A stretch of DNA of 64,000 nucleotides from Desulfurococcaceae archaeon (GTDB lineage: Archaea; Thermoproteota; Thermoprotei_A; Sulfolobales; Desulfurococcaceae), in NCBI GenBank assembly GCA_038816475.1, contig JAWBAI010000002.1:96001-160000 (forward strand). Reading direction: 5' to 3'. Made by a program: the position numbers and the translations under genes. The notes beneath the pieces were generated by a model that worked only from the letters and a program-made list of their open reading frames with translations, did not search any database and was not told where the DNA came from. The first letter of the stretch is position 1. The number at the start of each line of letters is the position of its first letter. This document shows positions 8,243 to 19,163 of this stretch, one piece after another.

Positions 8243-10708
8243 CTACAGCACATTCTGAGTAAAATTGTACTTATTAGACCAGACACCTGGGTTGTATTCA
8301 TTGTGTTTAATTCCTGTAAAGTACTCGAAGAATACACATGCTATGTTATGCCCTTCTTCCTGTAGAACCTTAACGGGTTTTCCAAGATACTCTGAAGCCT
8401 CATCCCAAGTATGACCTTGCAAGGCCTTAGATATTAGCAGTAGTTCTTGAAACTTAGTCAGCTGTGGTCTACTGCTAGGTGCTACAAGCCAGTACAGCTT
8501 TGCTGCTCTGTGCATAAGGTCTGCTGCAGCTTCGAATGTCATAGGACCTACACAGTACGTCCATAGTTTGTCGATGAACACTGTTGATAGTAGTTCGAGT
8601 GGTTTACTGGAATAGACATATGGTTCCATGCTCAACATCAAGTGCGCTATTTCCGGCTCTAACTCTCTGTAGTTTATAGCTAGGCTGTTGAGAAGCTTAA
8701 GTTTGAACTCTAGCTGAGCTATCCTCACCATGTTCTCTGTTTTACTGTTAAGAGGTTTTAATACTAGAACCGTGTACTCGCCGCTGACAGGGTTACGCTC
8801 CGGGCTTATGTGAACAACGCTAAACCCGTTCTTAATCCAGAATCGCAGTAATTCTTCTGTTACACCAAACCCTGATCCCACCCAATCAAGGTTGAGCACG
8901 CTTGCTTCCTCGAAGATCTTCTGCAAAGCCCAGCTTCCAATCCCTTTTCCTTGCACAGCTGGATGCGTTGCTATTCTAACAATACGCCATCCTCTGGTTT
9001 CAGCGAAATCTATCAACCGAGTATGCTTAAGGAATCGGTCAGGTATGATATTGCCTGGGATCTTAGCGCCTTTCAGCAGTTCCTTGGCGTACTCGTAGTC
9101 TATGGGACCCTCCTGCGCTATCTGTATAGCGCAAACAACTTTTCCGCTTCTCGTTTTCACAGCTCTTATGATGTGATGTGGTGCATCAGCAAGCATTCCA
9201 AGATCATCTGGCTCGTTTCTGTAGTGAGCGAGAACATATATACCAAACAATTGCCTTAGCTCATCTTCGTTCTCGAATAGCTCTTCAACATTGTATTTGA
9301 CGTACACAAGTCTCTTCTCGCTTATGTCCTCTAGGTCTCTTTGGTCGAGTTCAACTGGCTCAGCATCCAGTAGTAGAGTTTTGAACTGCCATTCCTCTAT
9401 TGGATCATTGTAGTTGTACCTAATAGGCTCGGTCATCTCGTACTCGTAGAGTTCAACGTTGTCCATGGACTTCAGCTTCTTTAGAAACCTAACGGAGAAT
9501 CCGCGTCCAGAACCTTCATAGCCGTGTATGGTCGTGGAGAATACAAGCCTGTTGTGAGCATCAAGTATCTTGTACAGTAGAGGTACATGTATACCCGCTG
9601 CTTCATCAACCACTACTATGTCCCCTTTTAGCTTAGGAATTACGACAGGCTCCCAGTATTCAATGCTAAACCTCTCACCACGTATTTCAACAATGTATCC
9701 TTCCTTCTTGACGATCTCGTACTTGAACCCTAGAGCATCTAGTACTTTCGTAGCAAGTTGCATTAGTGATTGAATATTGCTAGGTGAAGGAGATGTAATT
9801 AGTGCTCTAAACCTTGGTTTCACCTTTCTGAATAAGTGTGCAAGTCCCGCTAAACCTATGCCTATAGCACAGCTTTTTCCACGACCACGGTCAGCTATTA
9901 AGTTAAAGACCTTCTTAACACCCTTCTTCGGTTTTTCATACATGTTCTCAATAATCCTGATAACATTGACCTGGTCCATGGTTAAAGCGTGTTCGTAGAC
10001 TACCCTTGGGAAGAGCGTTGTCTCGGGAATTCTAATGGTTCTCTCGTACGGCTTTATCTCTCTCTTTATCTCTAGCCTCTTGATCACTCTATTGCTATCA
10101 GCTTCATACACCGCTATTCCATCGTGACTCAAGAGCTTTTTCTTAAACCAGGTTATGAACACGTGACGAGGTTCTGGAAATTGAGGAACTGTTAGAGTTT
10201 CCTTGAATATTGTCCTAAAGTTATCCCAACTACTCCACGGTGGTGTAAGAAATACTAGTAATCCTCCCCCTTCGATTATTCCAACAAGTCTACCAACATC
10301 GTTTGGCTTTAAGTCCTTTGTTAAATCCATAACAAGAAACTGAAACGTTGTACCAAGATACTTTTCGCTCTTCTCGTAGACAGCGAACTCGAACTCTACA
10401 TGATTGTTTAACGATACCTTGTTTTCAAAGATTTCACGCATTTGTACAGCATCGGGGAACTCATCATGGAAAACGTAAAGACCCTTGAGCTTTTTGTTCT
10501 TGTCTAGTCTTATCCACTTCTTTGCGTAGTATTCGATAGCTTTTGCTGCCAGTACTCCTAGTTTACCTGGGTCCGAGCCCGAAATTACTAGCAGGGTTCT
10601 AAGCTTCGCTCTTACAAGTGGCTCTACAAGTTTACCAACATCTCTCAGAAGTTTTGAAAAGCTAGAAGGAATGACAATCTCTTTCTCTAAGTCATTCAAT
10701 AACAACAC
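8243..10708 (-). CDS. tmcA: RNA cytidine acetyltransferase TmcA/Nat10
   Basis: ADRGRGKS, VDEAAGI, STTIHGYEGSGRGF, AHYRNEPDDL, RIVRIATHP..QGKGIGS. Confidence 0.96.
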   Translation of the reverse strand: MLLLNDLEKEIVIPSSFSKLLRDVGKLVEPLVRAKLRTLLVISGSDPGKLGVLAAKAIEYYAKKWIRLDKNKKLKGLYVFHDEFPDAVQMREIFENKVSLNNHVEFEFAVYEKSEKYLGTTFQFLVMDLTKDLKPNDVGRLVGIIEGGGLLVFLTPPWSSWDNFRTIFKETLTVPQFPEPRHVFITWFKKKLLSHDGIAVYEADSNRVIKRLEIKREIKPYERTIRIPETTLFPRVVYEHALTMDQVNVIRIIENMYEKPKKGVKKVFNLIADRGRGKSCAIGIGLAGLAHLFRKVKPRFRALITSPSPSNIQSLMQLATKVLDALGFKYEIVKKEGYIVEIRGERFSIEYWEPVVIPKLKGDIVVVDEAAGIHVPLLYKILDAHNRLVFSTTIHGYEGSGRGFSVRFLKKLKSMDNVELYEYEMTEPIRYNYNDPIEEWQFKTLLLDAEPVELDQRDLEDISEKRLVYVKYNVEELFENEDELRQLFGIYVLAHYRNEPDDLGMLADAPHHIIRAVKTRSGKVVCAIQIAQEGPIDYEYAKELLKGAKIPGNIIPDRFLKHTRLIDFAETRGWRIVRIATHPAVQGKGIGSWALQKIFEEASVLNLDWVGSGFGVTEELLRFWIKNGFSVVHISPERNPVSGEYTVLVLKPLNSKTENMVRIAQLEFKLKLLNSLAINYRELEPEIAHLMLSMEPYVYSSKPLELLSTVFIDKLWTYCVGPMTFEAAADLMHRAAKLYWLVAPSSRPQLTKFQELLLISKALQGHTWDEASEYLGKPVKVLQEEGHNIACVFFEYFTGIKHNEYNPGVWSNKYNFTQNVL

Positions 10709-10727
10709 ACCACTGAATACACGGGGG

Positions 10728-12980
10728 CTAGCCGTATGCTAAAGGTGCTCTTCTGAAGCCTCCGCTGGTGCTCACCTTCTTTACTTCTCTAGCTATTCTC
10801 TCGTACATTTCAATATCAGCTTTACTAAGTGAAGGTGGTATTTTGTTTAGTGCTTCATTGAAGTGTCTAGCTTCTACTTTAACTACATGTAGCGAGCCTG
10901 TTTTTGCAAACGCCTCTCTTAGGGCAATCATGGCCGCCTCTTTACATACAGCTGCTATATCTGCTCCCGTGTACCCTTCTGTGTGCTTAGATAGGTCCTC
11001 TATGTTAACATCCTCGCCCAATGGCAACTTACGGGTATGTACTTTGAATATTTCAACTCTGGCTTTGTAGTCTGGTGGTGGCACGTAAATAAGCTTGTCG
11101 AACCTACCTGGTCTGAGTAACGCTGGGTCCAGTAGGTCTGGTCTATTGGTAGCAGCTATAACTACTACTCGTCTCAGGGGCTGAATACCATCGAGCTCTG
11201 TAAGCAACTGATTCACTATTCTATCGATAACACCACTGGGGTCACTACCTCTAACTGCTGCTATCGAGTCTATCTCATCAAAGAATATAACTGCTGGCTC
11301 CACCATTCGTGCTCTTCTGAAGATCTGCCTTATAGCCTTCTCGGATTCACCAACCCACTTGCTTAAGACCTCTGGTCCTCTAACCGCTATGAAGTTTGCA
11401 CCACTCTCCGTTGCAACAGCTTTCGCCAGCAGGGTTTTACCTGTCCCCGGAGGGCCGAAGAGAAGTATTCCCTTCGGTGGTTCAATACCCATTTTCTCGA
11501 ATACGTGCGGGTACTTCATGGGCCACTCTATGCTTTCTCTTAGTTCCTGCTTTATGTCGTCCAATCCTCCAATATCTGTCCATCTGACTTCGGGGATTTC
11601 GACGAACACTTCTCTTATTAGAGTTGGCTGAACGCTTCTCATAGCTACTAAGAAGTCCTCCATGGTGACTTTCAGTTTTTCAAGTTTTTCAGCGGGAATC
11701 GGCTGATTAAGGTCTATCTTTTCGTTCTGTATGAATCTTCTCAGAGCATTCATAGCAGCTTCTTTTACTAGAGCTGCTAGATCAGCGCCTGTGTACCCAT
11801 GTGTCACCTCGGCGATCTTCTCGAGGTCCACGTCTTCAGCTAAAGGCATGTTCCTGGTGTGAACAGCTAGTATTTCTCTACGAGCTCTCTTATCGGGTGG
11901 TGGTATCTCTATTTCTCTGTCGAAGCGACCAGGTCTTCTGAGAGCAGGATCCACTGCTTCTGGTCTATTGGTAGCACCAATGACTACAACCTTACCTCGC
12001 TCCTTTAGTCCATCCATTAGAGCTAGAAGCTGAGCTACAACTCTCTTCTCGACTTCGCCTACGACTTCTTCGCGTTTGGGAGCAATGCTGTCTATTTCGT
12101 CTATGAATATTATAGCTGGCGCGTTTGCTTGTGCTTCTTCAAATATTCTTCTTAACCTCTCCTCGGATTCACCGTAGAATTTGCTCATAATCTCAGGTCC
12201 GTTGATACTCACGAAGTAGGCTCCAATCTCGTTCGCCAAAGCCTTGGCCAGTAGCGTTTTACCTGTGCCAGGAGGACCGTAGAGCAGTATTCCTTTCGGT
12301 GGTTCTATTCCAAGCCTCTCGAAGATCTCTGGGTGCTTCAAGGGTAGTTCAACTATTTCTCTGATCTTCTGTTTCACCTCTTCGAGGTCACCTATGTCTT
12401 CCCAGGTTATTCTCGGTATTCCTTCGAGTGTTTCCGGTCGAACTGGTTGCATTCTAACTTCGATGACTGTGTCGTCTGTTACGTATACTACAACTGATGG
12501 TTGAACACTCGTTACTACGAACCTGAGCAACATTCCGTAGAGAGTAACGTCAATTATATCACCTCTTTTAACTGGATTACCATGCAAGTACCTTTTGATC
12601 AGATGCGCGTAGTAGTCGGGGTCTGCTTTAATGTAAGATATGCTCCCAACAGGTGCAACAACTACTCGTATAGCTGGTTCAACTCTTATTGGTTTAATAG
12701 TTACGTAATCACCCGGCGATACACCCAGGTTTTTTCTCACTGTTCCATCTATTCTTATAAGTCCAGCTCCTTCGTCATCAGTGTACGCGGGCCAAACCTT
12801 GAGTACTTCACGGCCCTTTGGTCCTATGACCTCAATAAAGTCTCCGGGGTCAACACCAAGTTTTCTCATAGTTTCTCGGTCTATTCTAGCGATCTTATGT
12901 CCAACGTCACGAGCTCTAGCTTCTGCTACCCTAAGCTTAATAGATTTATCGGATCTCTCAGTAGAGCTTGGCTGCGACAT
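10728..12980 (-). CDS. cdc48: CDC48/VCP (VAT) AAA+ ATPase
   Basis: N-domain plus two AAA modules (GPPGTGKT x2, FIDEIDSI / [19 protein letters not shown]). Confidence 0.97.
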   Translation of the reverse strand: MSQPSSTERSDKSIKLRVAEARARDVGHKIARIDRETMRKLGVDPGDFIEVIGPKGREVLKVWPAYTDDEGAGLIRIDGTVRKNLGVSPGDYVTIKPIRVEPAIRVVVAPVGSISYIKADPDYYAHLIKRYLHGNPVKRGDIIDVTLYGMLLRFVVTSVQPSVVVYVTDDTVIEVRMQPVRPETLEGIPRITWEDIGDLEEVKQKIREIVELPLKHPEIFERLGIEPPKGILLYGPPGTGKTLLAKALANEIGAYFVSINGPEIMSKFYGESEERLRRIFEEAQANAPAIIFIDEIDSIAPKREEVVGEVEKRVVAQLLALMDGLKERGKVVVIGATNRPEAVDPALRRPGRFDREIEIPPPDKRARREILAVHTRNMPLAEDVDLEKIAEVTHGYTGADLAALVKEAAMNALRRFIQNEKIDLNQPIPAEKLEKLKVTMEDFLVAMRSVQPTLIREVFVEIPEVRWTDIGGLDDIKQELRESIEWPMKYPHVFEKMGIEPPKGILLFGPPGTGKTLLAKAVATESGANFIAVRGPEVLSKWVGESEKAIRQIFRRARMVEPAVIFFDEIDSIAAVRGSDPSGVIDRIVNQLLTELDGIQPLRRVVVIAATNRPDLLDPALLRPGRFDKLIYVPPPDYKARVEIFKVHTRKLPLGEDVNIEDLSKHTEGYTGADIAAVCKEAAMIALREAFAKTGSLHVVKVEARHFNEALNKIPPSLSKADIEMYERIAREVKKVSTSGGFRRAPLAYG

Positions 12981-13086
12981 GTACTATATCCCTATACTAG
13001 TGAATTACACAGGGTATTAAAGCAGTTACTTAAAACAGAACTTAAGCTTTTAGTCTATTAAGGTGCGCTGCGTTCAATCTGTAGCT

Positions 13087-13620
13087 CTAAACCTCCACGC
13101 AGAACTTTGAGTATTCATTGAACTCTTCATTATCCAAACTTACGTTTTCTCTTAGAACTTCGCATATCTCCCAGGGGAAAATTATCCAGTCCTCCGAAGT
13201 ACTGTAGTAGTAGTCGGGCATGAACGTACTCCATGGTTTTAAGAACATTGCTACTGTTTTCACGTTCTTTACTCTATAACTGGAAAGCGTGTTCACCACT
13301 AGTTGCATGGTTCTACCAGTATCTACTACGTCGTCCACGACTAGAACGTTCTTGTCCGCAATCGGTGGAAGAGCCAGTATTCTAATGAACGGTTTATCCA
13401 TCGTGAATCCAATGCTCTTGTAGAATTTCACTTCGACTACTCCGAACTCGTCCACGTTTAAGAAGTCAAGCATTATTCTCGCTGGAACCAGTCCTCCTTT
13501 CGCTACAGCTACGATAACATCTGGTTTATACCTTTTGGATATTTCGTGTGCTAGCTTTACCGAGATATCTACTATTTCTTTCCATGAAACATACTTCAAG
13601 CGAGGTTTATGTTTGCTCAT
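13087..13620 (-). CDS. Purine phosphoribosyltransferase (HGXPRT-like)
   Basis: AVAKGGLVPAR, VLVVDDVVDTGRT, WIIFPWE. Confidence 0.88.
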   Translation of the reverse strand: MSKHKPRLKYVSWKEIVDISVKLAHEISKRYKPDVIVAVAKGGLVPARIMLDFLNVDEFGVVEVKFYKSIGFTMDKPFIRILALPPIADKNVLVVDDVVDTGRTMQLVVNTLSSYRVKNVKTVAMFLKPWSTFMPDYYYSTSEDWIIFPWEICEVLRENVSLDNEEFNEYSKFCVEV

Positions 13621-13661
13621 GGGTTGTTAGTATTTTGATTCTGGTTTAAAAGGCCGTATTT

Positions 13662-15290
13662 ATGTATTATGTAGCGGGCACATTGACGAAGTACGTTTTC
13701 GTAACTGGAGGCGTGCTCTCAGGTCTGGGTAAGGGTATAGTAACAGCGTCGATAGGCTTACTACTGAAAAGCATGGGGTACAACGTAACGGCGATCAAGA
13801 TCGACCCCTACTTGAATGTTGATGCTGGAACGATGAGCCCCTATGCTCACGGAGAGGTTTTTGTAACCGAGGATGGTGGAGAAACAGACATGGACATAGG
13901 TCACTACGAGAGATTTCTCAATGTAAATCTTTCGAAAAAGAACAACATCACCTCAGGCCAAGTGTACTACAATGTAATACTCAAGGAGAGAAGAGGTGAT
14001 TACCTAGGACAATGTGTACAGATAATACCACACGTTACCGACGAGATAAAGTTCATGATAAGAAACATTGCTCAAGAATCCGGAGCCGATATAGCTATTG
14101 TTGAGATTGGAGGTACCGTGGGAGACATCGAGGGATTGCCTTTCCAGGAAGCTGCAAGACAGATTAAATTCGACGTCGGTGAGAGCAACGTATTCTACGT
14201 GCACGTTGCACTAGCACCTATCCTTCCAAGTGGTGAACTCAAAACAAAACCCATACAGCATAGTGTTCAGGAGCTGAGAAGAATCGGTATTCAACCTGAT
14301 GCGATTGTTGTAAGGTCCGCTAGATTCATCGACAATGAGGCGCGCTCAAAAATAGCTCTGTACAGTAACTTGCCACCGAGAGCTGTATTCAGTAATCCGG
14401 ACTTGGAACATATCTACGAGGTTCCCCTCATTCTGCACGAGCAGGAATTCACGAAGTATATTGCAGAAAGGCTCAGATTAGACTACAGGGAGCCAGAATT
14501 ACCTGCTTGGCGAGAGTTTGTTAACAAGCTTAAAACTGCAAGTAGAGTTGTTAAGATAGCCATGATCGGTAAGTACACTAAGATCAGGGATAGCTACGTG
14601 AGTATTATTGAAGCAATAAAGCACTCCTCAGCGTGGAAAGGCGTGAAGCCTGAACTTCTGTGGATAGAGTCCACTGATATAGAAGGTGATCAGCTTCTTG
14701 TAAGAAAGCTCGATGCTGTGGACGGCGCCATTATTCTCCCGGGTTTCGGGAAAAGAGGTGCAGAGGGAAAAATACTGGCGATAAAGTACCTTCGCGAACA
14801 TCTAAAGCCTGTTCTCGGTATATGCTTTGGCATGCAACTAATGATAATCGAAGCTTTTAGAAACATCATTGGACTAAGCAAAGCTAATAGCACAGAATTG
14901 GACCCGAACACACCATATCCAGTCGTAGACCTTCTGCCTGAACAAAGGAACCTGAGCGCTATGGGGGGAACACTCAGGCTTGGAGCTAGGAAGATACTGA
15001 TCAAGCCGGGTACATGGGCTTACAGAGCTTACGGTACATGCGAGGTATACGAAAGGTTTAGACACAGGTACGGTTTCAACAACAAGTACATTGACCTACT
15101 TGAGAAAGCCGGTCTCGAGGTATCGGGGTACAGCGAAGAAGGCTATGCTGAAATAGTTGAGCTTAAAAATACCAAGACACTGTACCTTGGAATACAAGCA
15201 CATCCCGAATTCAAGAGCAGGCCTCTTCAGCCGAGTCCTATCTTCAGCTTGTTCATCGACAATGTGCTTCAAAATAAGCATGTGGACTAG
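13662..15290 (+). CDS. pyrG: CTP synthase
   Basis: KYVFVTGGVLSGLGKG, KIDPYLNVDAGTMSP, GICFGMQ, QAHPEF. Likely true start TTG 13683. Confidence 0.98.
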   Translation: MYYVAGTLTKYVFVTGGVLSGLGKGIVTASIGLLLKSMGYNVTAIKIDPYLNVDAGTMSPYAHGEVFVTEDGGETDMDIGHYERFLNVNLSKKNNITSGQVYYNVILKERRGDYLGQCVQIIPHVTDEIKFMIRNIAQESGADIAIVEIGGTVGDIEGLPFQEAARQIKFDVGESNVFYVHVALAPILPSGELKTKPIQHSVQELRRIGIQPDAIVVRSARFIDNEARSKIALYSNLPPRAVFSNPDLEHIYEVPLILHEQEFTKYIAERLRLDYREPELPAWREFVNKLKTASRVVKIAMIGKYTKIRDSYVSIIEAIKHSSAWKGVKPELLWIESTDIEGDQLLVRKLDAVDGAIILPGFGKRGAEGKILAIKYLREHLKPVLGICFGMQLMIIEAFRNIIGLSKANSTELDPNTPYPVVDLLPEQRNLSAMGGTLRLGARKILIKPGTWAYRAYGTCEVYERFRHRYGFNNKYIDLLEKAGLEVSGYSEEGYAEIVELKNTKTLYLGIQAHPEFKSRPLQPSPIFSLFIDNVLQNKHVD

Positions 15291-15377
15291 AGAACAGGTC
15301 CCCCTTGGTCACAAGTAACGCATAGTGGTTACAGATAACAGCTCGATAGGCAACTACCTGGGGTTCTCTGTTCTAAG

Positions 15378-16091
15378 CTACTTAAACGACGCCTGATAGT
15401 TTCTGTAAACAATCTCCTCTACGTAGCTTACGCTGATATTCCTGGTACGAGCAAGAAACTTAACCGTGTTTTCCACCATATCGGGAGTCATTTCCAACCC
15501 CCGATAGTTGTAAGGTGCATCACTCTCCGTGATCACGTGGTTCAGGTTAACTATTTCCAGTATTCTACGATGTTTGTTTTGAATAATCCAAGCTGGATTT
15601 GCACCAATAAAGTACCCTTCACTCTGAATTTCCTCTAGAACATCAATAGGTCCTGTGTACCAGTGAAAGTAGGCTCTTGAGACATCATTGGTTTTCAAGA
15701 TTTCAAGAACCTCACGCCACGCATCTGCAGCATGTATATTCAGCACAAGGTCGTATTCTTTAGCATACTCAACGAAGATCGCGAACACTTCGAGTTGCTT
15801 TTCGAACGTATTTGGCTTGAACTTTTTATCGAGTCCAACTTCACCAAGGCATTTAACAGAGTCTTTACCAATGACTTCGTTCAGCATAGTTTTAATAGCG
15901 TTCGTGCCATACTCGTGAGCAACCCAGGGGTGTACCCCCACGCATGCTTCTACTTCTTTGTACTTTTCTTGTAGTTTAAGAGTAGCTTGACTAGATACTG
16001 GATCATCTGAAACACACACTAATTTTACCTTGCCAATGTACTTCGCTAAGTCTCCTAGTTCATAGCAGTGAACGTGCATATCTACGAGCAT
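15378..16091 (-). CDS. tatD: TatD-family metallo-nuclease
   Basis: DMHVH, GVHP, GEVGLD, LNIH, FHWYTG, TESDAP. Confidence 0.92.
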   Translation of the reverse strand: MLVDMHVHCYELGDLAKYIGKVKLVCVSDDPVSSQATLKLQEKYKEVEACVGVHPWVAHEYGTNAIKTMLNEVIGKDSVKCLGEVGLDKKFKPNTFEKQLEVFAIFVEYAKEYDLVLNIHAADAWREVLEILKTNDVSRAYFHWYTGPIDVLEEIQSEGYFIGANPAWIIQNKHRRILEIVNLNHVITESDAPYNYRGLEMTPDMVENTVKFLARTRNISVSYVEEIVYRNYQASFK

Positions 16092-16096
16092 ATCGA

Positions 16097-16636
16097 TCAG
16101 CTCTTCCCGTTGTTAAGCAGTTTAAACAGGTCGTATTTCTTCTCGGAGCATTCAACCTGGTTTTCATGATTCACCACATTAATTAAAGGTGTAGTACGAC
16201 CTATGCTCTCTAGGACTACAAGGGGGTATTGAAGAGCTCTTAGCAATTCGGCTAAACTCCTTTCACATGGTGATAAGGTGAGTCTTTCACATGCTCCTGG
16301 ACGACTTGAAAGAGCAAAAACATCCTCATCGCAAATATCGAAGAACACTTCATCGAGAAATACACATGGTGATACTCCTTCATCTAGAATCCATATAGTG
16401 GTTTTTTCAATACCCCATACGTGTACTTGGAATCCACGTCCTTGACATATAGAAACTCTGCTGGGTTTATGAATGAGCATCAGTAGAGTTCTCTTGCGTG
16501 CATTGAAGTATACAATGTTGTTTTCGTAGTCGTATTTAGCAACTTCAATGTTACTACATGTAACGGATTCATCAATGTGACAAAAAGCGTTACTCAAATC
16601 CATAGCCGTGTTCCTCTCAAACCTGTGTTCTCTCAT
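16097..16636 (-). CDS. Hypothetical protein
   Basis: The track ORF runs to 16732, but that ATG lies in the C box of an sRNA. An internal ATG such as 16636 is more plausible. Apparently co-transcribed with tatD. Confidence 0.55.
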   Translation of the reverse strand: MREHRFERNTAMDLSNAFCHIDESVTCSNIEVAKYDYENNIVYFNARKRTLLMLIHKPSRVSICQGRGFQVHVWGIEKTTIWILDEGVSPCVFLDEVFFDICDEDVFALSSRPGACERLTLSPCERSLAELLRALQYPLVVLESIGRTTPLINVVNHENQVECSEKKYDLFKLLNNGKS

Positions 16637-16730
16637 TACTACTATCATTAAAAGTAGTGCTCTATCCAGGGTAAATATATTAGGTTTAAAACTTACCACA
16701 TTGATGTTGAACCTTGGTATCGACTCGCCC

Positions 16731-16779
16731 ATGATGACTTTGCCGAAGCCTGAAGTGTGATGTTTCTCCCGAAGTCTGA
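16731..16779 (+). ncRNA. Box C/D guide sRNA (23S rRNA-directed)
   Basis: ATGATGA-CTTTGCCGAAGC-CTGA-AGT-GTGATGT-TTCTCCCGAAGT-CTGA: canonical boxes and two 12-nt guides. The D guide is complementary to the conserved 23S sequence ACUUCGGGAGAA. Confidence 0.9.
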
Positions 16780-16789
16780 GGAGTCTTCT

Positions 16790-17458
16790 ATGCCGAAACT
16801 GGGATTGATTGTACTAGATCTTGATGAAACAACGCTGGAGAACATTTTTGATTTTTACGAAGCGTACTGCACTGCTCTTAGAATTTACAGTGAGGATTGC
16901 CCTGGTTTTGACGAGTTCATGGTTATGTTCAACGAAAATAAACTACATGAGAAAATCCCCTCGCATGTTAACCATGTGGATTTCTGGAGAACCTTTAGGA
17001 AGCTGTATGCATCCAAGCACTCATGGCTTAAGAAGGGACTTAGAGAGTTCCTGTACTATGTGAAGAATCTAGGTGTGAGAATCGTTATCATAAGTGGAAG
17101 AGAAAGCCCTTCGTATGGAATATGGTTTGACCTTAGGAAACATGGTATTGATGAATACGTGGACGAGCTGTACACAATGTGGGATCTAGAAATCCTACGT
17201 GGATATGAAGAATTCCTCTTCGACAAATCCTACCTGGTAAATCACGCAAGGAGAAGACTTGGTGTGCAGGGAGAAACAGTTTGTATTGGTGATTACGTTA
17301 CAGACTACTACAGTTGTGTAAAAGCCGGAGGAATTTTTATTGGAATAAACAGCGAAGAGAGTAGAAATACTGCTTTGAAAAAAGCAGGAGTTAAGTACGT
17401 AGCTAGGGATTTCACGGATGTACTGGTGATCCTAAGTGAACTTGGATTGCTTAGCTAA
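16790..17458 (+). CDS. HAD-superfamily hydrolase
   Basis: LDLDETTL (motif I), VIISGR (II), CIGDYVTD (IV). ATG 16790 preceded by GAGGAG. The track start 16757 is the sRNA C' box. Confidence 0.85.
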   Translation: MPKLGLIVLDLDETTLENIFDFYEAYCTALRIYSEDCPGFDEFMVMFNENKLHEKIPSHVNHVDFWRTFRKLYASKHSWLKKGLREFLYYVKNLGVRIVIISGRESPSYGIWFDLRKHGIDEYVDELYTMWDLEILRGYEEFLFDKSYLVNHARRRLGVQGETVCIGDYVTDYYSCVKAGGIFIGINSEESRNTALKKAGVKYVARDFTDVLVILSELGLLS

Positions 17459-17459
17459 A

Positions 17460-17753
17460 TCACAGCGTTTTCAGCACGTATCTTCCATCACTACCTATGT
17501 ATATTTCACCTCTCTCAAACAAAACGTTGATAGCTTTACGTATTTTGTCTTCACTAGCTATACCTGACAATACCTGGTGTATTTCTTTGAGATTCATTGG
17601 CTTATAGCTTAGCAGTTCCTTGACTATGTCTATAAGCTCATCATCGTTGGGCGCTGTTAGTAGAACAACGTCGTTATCCTCATGTAATGTTCTCAATCTT
17701 ACTCTCTTGCTTAGCAATTCCAGTTCCTCTGGTGTTAAGTTAGAGTTTTTCAC
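17460..17753 (-). CDS. Small winged-helix DNA-binding protein
   Basis: ELIDIVKELLSYKPMNLKEIHQVL...SEDKIRKAINVLFERGEI fits a wHTH. GTG 17753 has a GGTGG SD (track start 17783). Confidence 0.65.
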   Translation of the reverse strand: MKNSNLTPEELELLSKRVRLRTLHEDNDVVLLTAPNDDELIDIVKELLSYKPMNLKEIHQVLSGIASEDKIRKAINVLFERGEIYIGSDGRYVLKTL

Positions 17754-17834
17754 CCGAATTCCACCACTAATCAGCAGTTTCAATATGCTATAAGGGTAAG
17801 TCTACCATATAAGCATTCCAGTCGAGGAGGGTGT

Positions 17835-19163
17835 ATGCTGGAAGTAGTATTTTTGTACGATAAGAGAACACGTTACAGCTTGAACTCTCTGCTAGCTACC
17901 ATAGACTCTGAGAGAGAGATTAGTGTTCGCCTTGCAGATGATCTAGACAAGCTCCTGAAGACCGCGTTATTGCTGAGAAACAAAGGTAGAAAAGTTCTAG
18001 TAGCTATTAGTCTTCTTACAACAATGCTCGCAGATCAAAGCTACCTGAACAGCCTGCTGGATACCATAGCTCTGCTAAAAAAGAAAAAGTGCATTACAGT
18101 TTGCGGAGGACCACATGCTTCAGGTGACCCCCTAGGCTCACTAGTCTCTCTCGGATTCGATTACGTGGTTATCGGTGAAGGAGAAGAAACATTTAGAGAA
18201 CTTGTCTTACTTGTTAGGGATGGTGGTGATCCCGGGAGTGTAAAAGGGATAGCTTACCTGGACCACGGGAGATTTGAGTATACAGGACGAAGAAGCCCTT
18301 TGAACCTGGACGATTATCATCCATTTCCGTACTGGAGGAACATGTTTAGCCCCATAGAGATAACGCGTGGATGCCCTTACGGCTGCTTCTACTGTCAAGT
18401 TTCATATTTTCACGGAAACGCGTATAGGCACAGAAGCGTTGACAACATAGTTTTCTACGCTAGGGTATTTTACGAGAAAGGCATGAAAGATTTAAGGTTC
18501 ATAACACCCAATGGTCTTGCCTACGGAATGAAAACTTCTGGCAGAAGTCCTGAGCTGGATAAATTGGAAGAACTGCTGAGCGCTCTTAAAAAAGAAGCTG
18601 ATAGATTTGGAGGCCGAATATTCCTGGGGACCTTTCCGAGCGAGCTTAGACCTGACCATGTCACAGAAGAGTCGCTGAAAATCCTCAAGAAATACGTTGC
18701 TAATAGACGTACAATAATAGGTGGACAGTCTGGTAGCGAAAGTGTGCTCAGGGCCATTCACCGAGGGCATAGTGTTGAAGATGTGATCAACGCTGTAGAT
18801 ATTTCGGTGAAAGTCGAATTCACGCCCGACGTGGATCTTATTCTCGGATTACCTTGCGAATGCCCAGACGACATGATTAAAACCGTTGAGATGGCAAGAA
18901 AAGTGACAGAAAAGGGTGGAAGAGTACACCTCCACTACTACTTGCCTCTCCCAGGAACACCTTTCGGGTTGAAACCACCGCAACCCATACCTCAAAGCGT
19001 GAAACGGGAACTACTAAAGCTCATAGGTACAGGCAAAGCCTACGGAGATTGGCTAAAACAAGAGGCGATGTCGTGGCGTATAATAGAGCTTCACAGGAAG
19101 GGCGTGATTTACCCGCGGTCATCAGCGCCCAGTTTCATCAGCGGATCAGACTGGGGTTCGTAG
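17835..19163 (+). CDS. B12-binding-domain radical SAM protein (MJ1487/TIGR04013-like)
   Basis: GGPHASG, VVIGEGE, PIEITRGCPYGCFYCQ (CxxxCxxC), GTFPSELRP, GGQSGS. Confidence 0.9.
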   Translation: MLEVVFLYDKRTRYSLNSLLATIDSEREISVRLADDLDKLLKTALLLRNKGRKVLVAISLLTTMLADQSYLNSLLDTIALLKKKKCITVCGGPHASGDPLGSLVSLGFDYVVIGEGEETFRELVLLVRDGGDPGSVKGIAYLDHGRFEYTGRRSPLNLDDYHPFPYWRNMFSPIEITRGCPYGCFYCQVSYFHGNAYRHRSVDNIVFYARVFYEKGMKDLRFITPNGLAYGMKTSGRSPELDKLEELLSALKKEADRFGGRIFLGTFPSELRPDHVTEESLKILKKYVANRRTIIGGQSGSESVLRAIHRGHSVEDVINAVDISVKVEFTPDVDLILGLPCECPDDMIKTVEMARKVTEKGGRVHLHYYLPLPGTPFGLKPPQPIPQSVKRELLKLIGTGKAYGDWLKQEAMSWRIIELHRKGVIYPRSSAPSFISGSDWGS

